From: Candidatus Uhrbacteria bacterium
GTDB taxonomy: Bacteria > Patescibacteriota > Patescibacteriia > UBA9934 > GWF2-40-263
Direction of reading: 5' to 3'
NCBI GenBank assembly: GCA_037131775.1
Contig: JBAXQK010000002.1
Location: 87,493 to 151,492, forward strand
DNA length: 64,000 nt
In this document: piece after piece, positions 20,769 to 29,536 of the stretch
Layout: each line of letters begins with the position of its first letter
Numbering within the stretch: the first letter of the stretch is position 1
Translations under genes and position numbers: made by a program
Notes under the pieces: generated by a model
The model's database searches: none
What the model saw: only the letters and a program-made list of their open reading frames with translations
What the model was told of the DNA's origin: nothing

Positions 20769-21236
20769 TTATCTCGCAAAGTGAGCAAACGCGCGGTTGG
20801 CTTCGGCCATGCGCTGGACGTCGGCCTTCTTCTTCACGGCGTCGCCCTCGTTCTTGGACGCGGCGATGAGCTCGTCAGCAAGCTTCTGCGCCATCGGGCG
20901 GCCCTTCTTGGCGCGCGTGGCAATGAGGATCCAGCGGGCGGCCAGCATGAAGCGGCGCTCTCCGCGAACCGGCATCGGAACCTGGTAGTTGGCTCCTCCC
21001 ACGCGCTTGGACTTGACCTCGAGCGTCGGCATGACGTTCTTGAGCGCGTTCTCGAAGGTTTCCACCGGGCTCGACGAGGTCTTCTTCTCCATGATGTCGA
21101 AGCAGTCGTAGATCACGCGCATCGCGGTGCTCTTCTTGCCGTCGTGCATGATGAGGTTGGTGAAGCGTGCCACGTTCTCATTGTTGAACTTCGGGTCCGG
21201 GGTAATCTGACGGCGTACAGCTTGCTTTCCGCGCAT
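20769..21236 (-). CDS. rpsG: 30S ribosomal protein S7
   Basis: MRGKQAVRRQITPDPKFNNENVARFTNLIMHDGKKSTA is the S7 consensus. Confidence 0.95.
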   Translation of the reverse strand: MRGKQAVRRQITPDPKFNNENVARFTNLIMHDGKKSTAMRVIYDCFDIMEKKTSSSPVETFENALKNVMPTLEVKSKRVGGANYQVPMPVRGERRFMLAARWILIATRAKKGRPMAQKLADELIAASKNEGDAVKKKADVQRMAEANRAFAHFAR

Positions 21237-21335
21237 ATCTTTAGTTGATAGGTCCCCGACCGGTGACTTCCTCCCTGCGTGGGGAGTACTCCGTCGGGGC
21301 TTTATTAGTTACAAATTACTCACGACTGCCACAAA

Positions 21336-21788
21336 CTACTTTTTCTTGCCAGCGCCCTTCGCGACCGCTCCGGCCTTCGGCTTCTTCTGGCCGTAGAGCG
21401 AGCGTCCCTTGCGACGGTCAGCGACACCCTGGGTGTCGTAGACTCCGCGAACGATGTGGTAACGAACGCCAGGAAGATCCTTCACGCGTCCGCCGCGGAT
21501 GAGCACGATGGAGTGCTCCTGCAGGTTGTGCCCTTCTCCCGGGATGTAGGCCGTGACCTCCGTGCCGTTGGAAAGGCGCACGCGCGCGATCTTGCGGATG
21601 GCGGAGTTCGGCTTCTTCGGCGTCATGGTCGTGACCTTCACGCACACGCCGCGCTTGAAGGCGGATCCCTTCGAAAGCATGGTGCGCTTGCGGTGCAACG
21701 AGTCGAGCGCGTACTGCAGCGCCGGGGACTTGGACTTAACGTTCTCGGTGGAGCGACCCTTGCGGATCAGCTGGTTCATCGTTGGCAT
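21336..21788 (-). CDS. rpsL: 30S ribosomal protein S12 with Lys-rich C-terminal extension
   Basis: [12 protein letters not shown]...PKKPNSA, 150 aa. Confidence 0.95.
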   Translation of the reverse strand: MPTMNQLIRKGRSTENVKSKSPALQYALDSLHRKRTMLSKGSAFKRGVCVKVTTMTPKKPNSAIRKIARVRLSNGTEVTAYIPGEGHNLQEHSIVLIRGGRVKDLPGVRYHIVRGVYDTQGVADRRKGRSLYGQKKPKAGAVAKGAGKKK

Positions 21789-21904
21789 AACGGATGTGAT
21801 ACATTAAGAAGCCGGGCGTTAAGGCCGATTGGGTCAGGTGACCTTCGGCTGGGCCCATAAAATATGGCCGTAAAGTATCATGGGGGGTTAAATGCGTCAA
21901 CAGG

Positions 21905-22026
21905 TTGCGAATAACGAATTTGTTACTAAATTGCATATGACACGAATGGCAGCGAACGTCACGAATTCGCAACGTTCGCAACAATTGGTATCATATGCAA
22001 TTTAGTAACAAATTCGTTATTCGCAA
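21905..22026. repeat. 122-bp element with perfect 36-bp terminal inverted repeats and nested inner palindromes, upstream of rpsL
   Basis: Left arm TTGCGAATAACGAATTTGTTACTAAATTGCATATGA (21905-21940) equals revcomp of right arm (21991-22026); 50-nt spacer contains GCGAACGT...CGAATTCG...ACGTTCGC; T-run follows on plus strand. Confidence 0.65.
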
Positions 22027-22044
22027 ATCCCGCCTTTTTTCTCG

Positions 22045-22725
22045 TTATCCCGCGAAAATCGCATTGAAGAACCCCGCGCAAGAATCCCCCAGCAGAACGT
22101 CACACGTCGCGAACGCGGGGCGGCTGACGAAGAAGAACACGTCGAGGTGGGTCACGAGCGACAGCAGGATCAGGACCATCAGGAGCTGCGGACCTCGGAC
22201 AAGGACGATCTGGCGGAGGTTTGCATAGCGCGGGGCGTCGAACAGGGCCAGGAACAGCTTCGATCCGTCGAGCGGCGGGACGGGGACGAAGTTGAAGAAC
22301 ATCAGGAAGAGGTTGAGGATGATCAGGAGAAAGAGGAAGACGATCAGGAGATTGAGCGACGTGACGATCTGACTGCCCACGAAGAACCGGATTGCCAGGG
22401 CCGCGACGGTCGCGACGATGAGATTTGAAAACGGGCCGGCGAGCGCGATCAGGACGGAATCCCACTTTGGGTTCTTGAGGTTGTACGGGTTGAACGGCAC
22501 CGGCTTGGCCCAGCCGAACCCGAACAGCAGCATCGGAACAAACCCGAACAGGTCGAGGTGTGCCAGCGGATTCAGCGTCAGCCGCCCTTCCCGCTCGGCC
22601 GTGAGGTCGCCACGCAGCTTGGCCATGAGCGCGTGCGAGAACTCGTGGATGGTGAGCGACGTCAGGATCGCCGCAAGCCAGGCGAGCGCGGTCATGGGGC
22701 TGGCGGAAAGGAGGGATAGGAACAT
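22045..22725 (-). CDS. Site-2 protease family (peptidase M50) membrane metalloprotease
   Basis: HEFSHALMA (HExxH) and NLLPVPPLDG motifs, multiple TM helices. Confidence 0.8.
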   Translation of the reverse strand: MFLSLLSASPMTALAWLAAILTSLTIHEFSHALMAKLRGDLTAEREGRLTLNPLAHLDLFGFVPMLLFGFGWAKPVPFNPYNLKNPKWDSVLIALAGPFSNLIVATVAALAIRFFVGSQIVTSLNLLIVFLFLLIILNLFLMFFNFVPVPPLDGSKLFLALFDAPRYANLRQIVLVRGPQLLMVLILLSLVTHLDVFFFVSRPAFATCDVLLGDSCAGFFNAIFAG

Positions 22726-22788
22726 ACGGGAGGATTATAGCACAAAGAAAAAGGCCGCCGACAGGAGTCGGCAGCCAAGGGTGTCCCG

Positions 22789-24381
22789 TTAGGGAGCAGA
22801 GCGGACGAGACGCGGGGTGCCGGGGCTGACCCAGCCGTAGTCGCGCTCGATGTCTTCGTCCGACGCAAGCCAGACACGGTCAGTTTCCACGCGGGGATCC
22901 TCGACCTCCCAGTCGTCCGGCCAGCCCTGGAGCTCGACGCCCGCGCTGCGCGTGCTTGCCTCGATGTCGCTGAGCTCGCGGATACATGTGCTCACCGAGG
23001 AGTCCCAGCGGGTCGCGGCCATCCGCGTCAGCGTCGCGCGAGGCACGCTGACATGCGTCATCGAGTCCGGGGCGCATGCGTGCATGAACCACCGCTTGAA
23101 CTCGACGAGCTTCTCGCGCAGCTCGATGCGCTTTGCCACGACGGCGTTATGCCGGGCGATGGCATCAGCGCTCCAACCGAGCATCCCGATGTTGCCGCCG
23201 AACCCAAGGATCCGGAGATCCCCGGCCGCCTCGGGGTCGCCGTTGGCGGCGTGGTGCTTCTTGGAGAAGTTGTTCTGCACCTCCAGCGGCGCCATGAACT
23301 TCAGGAGGAGCACGACGGTCGGGATGATCATCCCGAGGACCCAAAGGGACATGGCCACGATCGCGTTGACCGGGTCGCTCGCGATGAGCTTCTTGAGCGT
23401 CCGGTACTGGTCCATGACGCCGCGGCTGCGAACCCAGTCGCCCGGGTAGGCCGCCGCAAGCTCGGTCTGCGACAGGGCGCGGATCGCGGCGATCCTCTCG
23501 TCGCGCTCCGCGACAACCGCGTCGCCCGCGGCCTGCCCGCCGGAAACCGCGTCGCCCTGCTGCGTCGCTGCCGCCGCGTCAAACTCGGAGAGCTCGACCT
23601 TGGCCGCCGCGTCGTAGTCCTTCAGCTCCTTCCGAATTGCCGTCGCTTGCGCGGTGAGCGTTCCGGTGGTCATGCCCGCGCCAGGAGGGCCCATGTACCG
23701 GCCCGCCGACTCACGAACGGCGTCCAGCATGACGGCGGATAGCCGCTTGGTGATGTCGGCTCGGTTCGCCTTCTGCGTGGCGACCAGCGTGGCGCGGTTG
23801 GCCGCGCTCGTGGCCTTCACCTCGTCGGGACGCCCGCCGAGCTCGGCCTTCTTGTCCGCAAGCCGCGCGGCATAGTCGGCCTCGATCGCGTCGATCGCCG
23901 TCTGACGGATCCCGTCCGCGTCCTCCTTCTCCTCCTTGGTGATCTGCTGGTCGATCGAGTCGTGGAAGAACAGCAGGTCGAACACGGTGGACGTGAACCC
24001 GCTCATGACGAACATCAGCAGAACGCGTGCCGCGATGAGACCGGCGACCCGCTTGAGTCCCTCCGTCGTGTCCTGCGCGCCGATGGTCACCTCGAGCACG
24101 AGAATGGCGAACGCCATCGCGAACCCGAACAGGATGCTGACCGACGACCCGCTGAGCGCGATTCCGAAGACCGCGGTCCACAGGAACCAGTCCATGAAGA
24201 ACTGGACGACGATCATCTGCGCGTACATGCCGAGGTACCGCTTGACGCGCGGCGACATACGGTCGATGCCATACGCATCGAATCCCATCTTCGTGATCAA
24301 GAACAATGTCATTCTGACTCCTGGAAAATCCCGTCCCACCCCGCCACCATGGCAGAATGAAACAAGCCGGAATGCTATCAC
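22789..24381 (-). CDS. Hypothetical membrane protein with N-terminal TM helices and Ala-rich coiled-coil (DUF4407-like)
   Basis: 530 aa; TM block then a long Ala/Asp/Glu-rich helical region; start may be internal (MTLFLITKMG). Confidence 0.45.
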   Translation of the reverse strand: MIAFRLVSFCHGGGVGRDFPGVRMTLFLITKMGFDAYGIDRMSPRVKRYLGMYAQMIVVQFFMDWFLWTAVFGIALSGSSVSILFGFAMAFAILVLEVTIGAQDTTEGLKRVAGLIAARVLLMFVMSGFTSTVFDLLFFHDSIDQQITKEEKEDADGIRQTAIDAIEADYAARLADKKAELGGRPDEVKATSAANRATLVATQKANRADITKRLSAVMLDAVRESAGRYMGPPGAGMTTGTLTAQATAIRKELKDYDAAAKVELSEFDAAAATQQGDAVSGGQAAGDAVVAERDERIAAIRALSQTELAAAYPGDWVRSRGVMDQYRTLKKLIASDPVNAIVAMSLWVLGMIIPTVVLLLKFMAPLEVQNNFSKKHHAANGDPEAAGDLRILGFGGNIGMLGWSADAIARHNAVVAKRIELREKLVEFKRWFMHACAPDSMTHVSVPRATLTRMAATRWDSSVSTCIRELSDIEASTRSAGVELQGWPDDWEVEDPRVETDRVWLASDEDIERDYGWVSPGTPRLVRSAP

Positions 24382-24416
24382 ATTCCGGCCGCTTTGTCAA
24401 GCGTTCTATGCTCAAC

Positions 24417-25721
24417 CTAGCTAATTTTACGCTCAATCATAGCTCCGACGCCCCTCAGTTTCTCCACCAGCCGCTCATATCCCCTGTCGAGATGATGAAT
24501 CCCGGTGAGGACGGACGTTCCTTCCGCGACCAGCGCTGCGATCGCCAGCGCCAGTCCCGCGCGGATGTCCGGGACCTCCAAATCCGTCGCCTTCAACGTC
24601 GTCGCGCCGTTCACAACCGCGCTGTGGCGATAGTTCTGCTCCTTGAACCGGCACGGTGATTCTCCCAGGCAGTTGCTGAACAACGTCACGTCCGCGCCCA
24701 TCTTCTTGAGCGCTTCGGTGTAGCCGAGACGTCCTTCCATGACCGTCTCGTGGACGACGCTCGTTCCCTCCGCCTGGGTCAGTGCCACGAGGAACGGCTG
24801 CTGCCAGTCGGTCATGAAGCCCGGGTGCGTTCCGGTCTCGAGCTCGATCCCGCGCAGACCGCCCTTTCCCGAGAACCAGATCCCGTCGTCCTGCACGCGG
24901 TAGTCGCCGCCGATCTTTCGGACCGCATTCAGGAAGGTAATGAGATGCTCGTGCTCGGCGCCCTTCACGAAGATTTCGCCGCGCGTTCCGAGTGCCATCG
25001 CCGCGTAGCTGGCGGCCTCGATACGGTCGGGCATCACGGTGGCCTCGCAGCCATGGAGCTTCTCGACGCCGATGATCTCGACGTTGCGGCCCGAGTTGAT
25101 CTGGATCACCGCGCCCATCTTCTGCAGCATCATGATGAGTCCCTTGATCTCCGGCTCCCCCGCCGCATTGCGGATCACGGTTCGACCGTCGGCAAGAACC
25201 GCTGCAAGAAGCGCCGTCTCGGTCGCCATCACGGATGGATATGGAAACTCGATGAGCGCGCCGTGCAATCGTCCGTTCACCGTCGCATGGTATCCGTCGG
25301 CGGTCGCTTCGACGTTCGCGCCCATCTTCTGCAGCGCATCGACATGGAAGTTCACCGGCCTCTGCCCGATCTTGTCTCCTCCGACCAATGGGACGAACGC
25401 CTCGCCCGCGCGGTGAAGCAACGGCGCGATCGCAAGGACGGAAATGCGATTCTTCTCCGAGAGCGCGCGCACCGACGCGGTCGACACGACCGGCGTCTTC
25501 AGGCGCAGCACATGGTCGCCCTCCCACGCCGTCGTCGCGCCGACGGTCGTGACGATCTCCTCGGTAATCCCCGTCTCGCGCTGTCGCGGGACATTTTTTA
25601 AAATGACCTCCTCGTCGGTAAGCATCGACGCGATGATCATCTTGGACGCGCCGTTCTTCGCGCCGGAAACCTCGATCGAACCCGAAAGCGGGCGCCCGCC
25701 GGTGATGTGAAGTGATTCCAT
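24417..25721 (-). CDS. murA: UDP-N-acetylglucosamine 1-carboxyvinyltransferase
   Basis: MESLHITGGRPLSGSIEVSGAKNGASKMI..., ATG at 25719-25721 (revcomp); 434 aa; upstream 365-aa ORF-track extension rejected. Confidence 0.95.
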   Translation of the reverse strand: MESLHITGGRPLSGSIEVSGAKNGASKMIIASMLTDEEVILKNVPRQRETGITEEIVTTVGATTAWEGDHVLRLKTPVVSTASVRALSEKNRISVLAIAPLLHRAGEAFVPLVGGDKIGQRPVNFHVDALQKMGANVEATADGYHATVNGRLHGALIEFPYPSVMATETALLAAVLADGRTVIRNAAGEPEIKGLIMMLQKMGAVIQINSGRNVEIIGVEKLHGCEATVMPDRIEAASYAAMALGTRGEIFVKGAEHEHLITFLNAVRKIGGDYRVQDDGIWFSGKGGLRGIELETGTHPGFMTDWQQPFLVALTQAEGTSVVHETVMEGRLGYTEALKKMGADVTLFSNCLGESPCRFKEQNYRHSAVVNGATTLKATDLEVPDIRAGLALAIAALVAEGTSVLTGIHHLDRGYERLVEKLRGVGAMIERKIS

Positions 25722-25796
25722 AGTGGGAAGTAGGATAGCGCGTCGAATGGATTGACGCAACCGCAAAAATGCGCTAGGGTTCGTGCAGGAGGCGAC

Positions 25797-26690
25797 ATGA
25801 GGAAGCCATGGAAAAAGCGGCTGCTCGTTCGAGCCTCCGCGTTCGTTCGCAAATGGAAGCAGTTGTTCCGTGAGACGGCGGAGATTCTCCGGCCTGTGGA
25901 CACGTTTGTCCTCGTGGTAACGCACGTCCTGTTCGTCTTCGCAGAGGACGGGCTCGCCCTGGCCGGATTCGCGACGTTCGGAAAGTTTCCCGCGGTCATC
26001 CAGCCGCGCGGCACCGCGCGCGCGACGATCGTCCTCGCACCGGGACTTCAGCAGACGCCGTTCTCCGCCTACCCGTTCGGATGGTTCCTCGCGAAGGCGT
26101 TCCGGTTCCGCGTCCTGCTCGTGCAAACGCCGCGGCAGGGCAACTACGAGACGTTTGAAGAGACGATGGAACGCAACGCGTGGATCCGCGACGGGGTCGG
26201 CGAAGGCCCGGTGATTGGCATCGGGTTCTCCAAGGGTGGCCAGGACCTGGCGTGGATCTTCTCCGCGCTGCTCTACGACGACCCGACGCTCGTCCGCCGC
26301 CTTGCCCTCGTGATGATGTGCACGCCGCTGCGAGGATCGAGGATGGCGAAGGTCGTCCATACCCGCGGCGCCCAGGCGTTGCTCCCGGACGCGCCCGAGA
26401 TCCAGCAGACGCTCCGCCTCGTGGAGGGGTTCGCCGAGCTTGGCATCCCGCTCAAGTTCTACTGCGCCGTGTGGGACCGCATCGTCCGCCGCTCCGACTC
26501 GCGCATCGCGAACGGACAGCGCTATCGCCCGCCGACGTTCCTCGAGCGCCTCCGCGGAATCCGGCGCGCTCAACCCTGGTACTGGTCCCAGACCCTCTGG
26601 TTCCAGTTCGGCCACACCGCCATCTACAACTGGATCGCCTGGATCCAAGTCGGCCGCTACGTTGCCAACGACCTCGTCCCGCGTTTGTAA
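25797..26690 (+). CDS. Alpha/beta hydrolase fold protein
   Basis: GIGFSKGGQD nucleophile elbow (GxSxG); start at MRKPWKKR. Confidence 0.55.
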   Translation: MRKPWKKRLLVRASAFVRKWKQLFRETAEILRPVDTFVLVVTHVLFVFAEDGLALAGFATFGKFPAVIQPRGTARATIVLAPGLQQTPFSAYPFGWFLAKAFRFRVLLVQTPRQGNYETFEETMERNAWIRDGVGEGPVIGIGFSKGGQDLAWIFSALLYDDPTLVRRLALVMMCTPLRGSRMAKVVHTRGAQALLPDAPEIQQTLRLVEGFAELGIPLKFYCAVWDRIVRRSDSRIANGQRYRPPTFLERLRGIRRAQPWYWSQTLWFQFGHTAIYNWIAWIQVGRYVANDLVPRL

Positions 26691-26819
26691 GACGCGGGAA
26701 TTTTTATTACACTCGAACGGATATGGAACGTCGCGGAGACAACCCAAACGACGATAAAAAAGAACGCCTGCGACGCCGGCGGCTGGAGGAGGCTGCCTCG
26801 GCGCAGGTCGTCGCAAACA

Positions 26820-26846
26820 AAGAACAGGAGCGTGCGCTCCTGTTCG
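26820..26846. terminator. Bidirectional hairpin terminator between convergent genes
   Basis: GAACAGGAGCG-TGCG-CGCTCCTGTTC, perfect 11-bp stem. Confidence 0.4.
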
Positions 26847-26849
26847 GCC

Positions 26850-27104
26850 TCATCCAGAAAACCCTTCCTCCCGAAGCCGCTCCGCCTTCCGCCCCTCCCC
26901 GCGATTATATCCTCCCGTTTTTCCGTCGGAACGGATGACCCGATGGCACGGAATCGTCGGATCGAAGTTCCTGCTCAATATCGTCCCCACCGCCCGGCAC
27001 GCCCCGGGCCTCCCCGCCGCGATCGCCACCTGCTTGTAGGTAAGCGTCTTGCCGCGGGGAATTTGTTTTACGATCGCGTAGACGTGTGAGGCGAAAGGGG
27101 TCAT
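26850..27104 (-). CDS. MGMT/ATL-family methylated-DNA-protein-cysteine methyltransferase DNA-binding domain protein
   Basis: PCHRVI active-site/recognition motif, about 85 aa; N-terminal extension in the ORF track is read-through of REP repeats. Confidence 0.65.
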   Translation of the reverse strand: MTPFASHVYAIVKQIPRGKTLTYKQVAIAAGRPGACRAVGTILSRNFDPTIPCHRVIRSDGKTGGYNRGEGRKAERLREEGFSG

Positions 27105-27111
27105 AGATATT

Positions 27112-27259
27112 CCCAGGGACTTTAGTCCCGTCCTCCGAGTCGCGACGTTCCCACGATCGGGACTAAAGTCCCTGGGAATACGAGACGCCACTAAAGTGGC
27201 TGGGAAAACGATTTCATAGGGACTTTAGTCCCGTGCGCTTCCCAGGGACTTTAGTCCCG
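27112..27259. repeat. REP array (5 copies/variants of CCCAGGGACTTTAGTCCCG) 3' of the RAYT gene
   Basis: Copies at 27112-27130 (+), 27158-27176 (-), 27188-27204 (variant), 27218-27233 (+), 27241-27259 (+); GGGAC/GTCCC arms form a hairpin. Confidence 0.8.
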
Positions 27260-27791
27260 CCGTGATCCGCGTCGGCAATGACTCAAAGAATTCCTTTTCT
27301 CCCAGCGACATCACTGACGAGATAACATCATCCGCATACTCCTTCCCCTCTCGTACGATCACATAGCGATACGACGAAAATGGCCAGTCGAATAATTCCT
27401 GAAGATCCGTCACGTCGCCATGCTTCAAAGGATTGCCAATGACATATCCACGAACGCGATCGAGCAACGATTCCTTCATCGGAACGAATACGTGATATTC
27501 ACCCCAAACCGGCGACGCGATGTCCACCTGCCGTTTGACCTGAAACGAAACGCCGCCGTTAATCCACTGCAACATCGTAGGGATTACGTCGCTCTTCCCA
27601 AAGCTTCCAAGAAAATGATAGTGGTCCTCCATGATTCCATAGTCGGGACACTCGACGCCGAATTTGACGAACGCTTCCTCGAGGCGAACGCGAAGAAGTT
27701 CGCGGAGGGCGAGATCCTTGAAGATCGGTCGGTGACGATCCGTCGGGACGGTGATGAAGTACCAGGAATCGAGGAGGAAGAAACGAGACAT
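27225..27791 (-). CDS. REP-associated tyrosine transposase (RAYT, IS200/IS605 Y1 family)
   Basis: YFITVPTDRHRP, HuH motif EDHYHFLG, C-terminal YVIGNPLKHGDVTDLQELFDWPFSSYRY (compare E. coli RAYT YIYINPVKHGWVKQVSDWPFSTFH); both gene ends overlap REP copies. Confidence 0.8.
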   Translation of the reverse strand: MSRFFLLDSWYFITVPTDRHRPIFKDLALRELLRVRLEEAFVKFGVECPDYGIMEDHYHFLGSFGKSDVIPTMLQWINGGVSFQVKRQVDIASPVWGEYHVFVPMKESLLDRVRGYVIGNPLKHGDVTDLQELFDWPFSSYRYVIVREGKEYADDVISSVMSLGEKEFFESLPTRITAGLKSLGSARD

Positions 27792-27908
27792 ACTCGACGG
27801 GACTAAAGTCCCTGGGAATTCTTGACGCCACTGAAGTGACTGGGAATTACGTTTACGCTCTGACAGGATTCACAGGGACTTTAGTCCCGTCGGGTTTCCC
27901 AGGGACTT
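27790..27908. repeat. REP array (4 copies) 5' of the RAYT gene, in direct orientation relative to the 3' array
   Basis: 27790-27808 (-), 27820-27836 (variant), 27865-27881 (+), 27890-27908 (+); unit order mirrors 27158-27259. Confidence 0.8.
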
Positions 27909-28243
27909 TAGTCCCGTTCGCTTGGAAGAAGAAACCGCGTCAGTTTCCACGCACACACCCTGCAGCTCGACACCGTCCGATACGCGATCTCCGACGCCCA
28001 TGCGAACGGCGGAACGCGGCGATACCACCAAAGCAATCGCCCGGGCGTCGACGTGGCCAGCAACCGAAATACCCCCTCCGCCCCGCGGCTCACCGTGCCG
28101 TCCGTCGCGACGAACTCGGACGACGGCCTCTTCTCCGCGAACGGGACGTACTCGACCGCCTCCCGCGTCGTCCTCTTCCACCGCTGCACCCATAGACGAC
28201 AAAACCGGCACGTCCCGTCGTAATAAAATCGAGGTCTCTCCAT
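27908..28243 (-). CDS. DCC-family thiol-disulfide oxidoreductase (DUF393)
   Basis: YYDGTCRFCRLWVQRW (YDGxCxxC motif), 111 aa. Confidence 0.7.
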   Translation of the reverse strand: MERPRFYYDGTCRFCRLWVQRWKRTTREAVEYVPFAEKRPSSEFVATDGTVSRGAEGVFRLLATSTPGRLLWWYRRVPPFAWASEIAYRTVSSCRVCAWKLTRFLLPSERD

Positions 28244-28289
28244 AGTTCGACAAACTCACTACCCGTACGTCTGCTATACTACCCCCGAT

Positions 28290-29528
28290 ATGAAACATCT
28301 CAAAGCATTCGTCCCGCTCCTCCTGGCGGTGTTCACCGACCTCATCGGCTTCGGTATCGCGCTTCCCGTCCTTCCGGGACTGTTCCTGAGCGCAAACGGA
28401 ATTCTGCCGATTGGCACGCCGTACGCGACGCGGACGATCATCCTCGGGTTCATCCTCGGCCTCTTCCCCCTCATCCAAATCTTCTCCGCCCCGGTCCTCG
28501 GCGCGCTCGCCGACCGGCACGGCCGCAAGCCGATCCTCCTGCTTTCGTTCGTCGGGACGCTCGTCGGATACCTGATGTTCGCCGCCGGAATCGTCACGCA
28601 GCAGCTGTGGCTCCTCGTTCTTGGTCGCGCCATCGACGGCGCCACGGGCGGAAACATCTCGGTCGCCTCCGCGGCCATCGCGGACCTGTCGACGGAGAAG
28701 ACGCGTGCGAAAAACTTCGGTCTCATCGGAATGGCGTTCGGGCTCGGATTCGTGATCGGGCCGTTCCTGGGTGGAAAGCTGTCCGATCCGGCGATCGTCT
28801 CCTGGTTCTCGTACGCCACGCCGTTCTGGTTCGCCGCGATCCTTTCCGTCGCGAACATCGCGCTGCTCGCGCTTTTCTTCTCGGAGACGCTCAAAACGAA
28901 GAGACCTACTCCGGTGACGATCATGACGGGAATCCGGAACATCCGCCTCGCGTTCACGATGCCCCGCGTCCGCCTGCTGTTTCTCGTCCAGTTCCTGCTG
29001 ACGCTGGGGTTCACCAGCTACACCTCCTACATGCAGGTGTACCTCATCGACCGGTTTCATATTTCCCAGAGCCAGATCGGCGACGTATTCGGGTTTATCG
29101 GCATCTGCATCGCCATCTCGCAGGGACTCGTCGCCCGCCCCGTCGCCGACCGCTTCTCTTCCGCCGCCGTCCTTCGAATCGCCCCCGTCGGCCTCGCCGC
29201 GACGCTCGCGCTCGTGCTCGTCCCGTCAGAGCTCAAGACGCTCTTCTTCGTCTTCCCGTTCATGGCGATCTTCCAGGGACTCGTCTCCACGAACGTCATG
29301 GCGCTCATCTCCGGGAGCGCCGACAAGGAATCGCAAGGCGAGATCCTCGGCCTCAACCAGTCCGTCGCCTCGTTCGCCCAGTTCCTCCCCGGCCTGTTCG
29401 GCGGCGCCATCGCGGCGATACACCCCGCTGGTCCGACGCTCGCCGGGGCGATCCTGACGCTTGTGGCATGGGTGGTGTTCGTCGTCGGATATCGAGAAAA
29501 GGACGCCGGGAAATTCCATGAGGCGTAA
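28290..29528 (+). CDS. MFS transporter (drug:H+ antiporter-like)
   Basis: 12 predicted TM helices; GALADRHGRKPIL (MFS motif A); antisense ORF 27870..29060 rejected. Confidence 0.85.
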   Translation: MKHLKAFVPLLLAVFTDLIGFGIALPVLPGLFLSANGILPIGTPYATRTIILGFILGLFPLIQIFSAPVLGALADRHGRKPILLLSFVGTLVGYLMFAAGIVTQQLWLLVLGRAIDGATGGNISVASAAIADLSTEKTRAKNFGLIGMAFGLGFVIGPFLGGKLSDPAIVSWFSYATPFWFAAILSVANIALLALFFSETLKTKRPTPVTIMTGIRNIRLAFTMPRVRLLFLVQFLLTLGFTSYTSYMQVYLIDRFHISQSQIGDVFGFIGICIAISQGLVARPVADRFSSAAVLRIAPVGLAATLALVLVPSELKTLFFVFPFMAIFQGLVSTNVMALISGSADKESQGEILGLNQSVASFAQFLPGLFGGAIAAIHPAGPTLAGAILTLVAWVVFVVGYREKDAGKFHEA

Positions 29529-29536
29529 AAAAATTC

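Larger units (their letters stand above)
27110..27909 (-). mobile_element. REPtron: RAYT gene flanked by REP/BIME-like arrays
   Basis: See component features. Confidence 0.7.

Noticed and set aside
25722-26816. N-terminal 365-aa extension of the murA ORF in the track (ORF 24417..26816)
   Set aside because: MurA clearly starts at MESLHITGG (ATG 25719-25721); the upstream part is antisense to the alpha/beta hydrolase gene and Arg-rich.
26850-27191. N-terminal 29 aa (MASRIPRDFSPDRGNVATRRTGLKSLGIS) of the MGMT-like ORF, and the similar start of ORF 27559..27831
   Set aside because: These peptides are translations of REP repeats (GGGACTAAAGTCCCTGGGAAT), not protein N-termini; genes trimmed to internal starts.
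27870-29060. 396-aa minus-strand ORF antisense to the MFS transporter
   Set aside because: Arg/Glu/Asp-rich low-complexity; the plus strand has a canonical MFS motif A and 12 TM helices.
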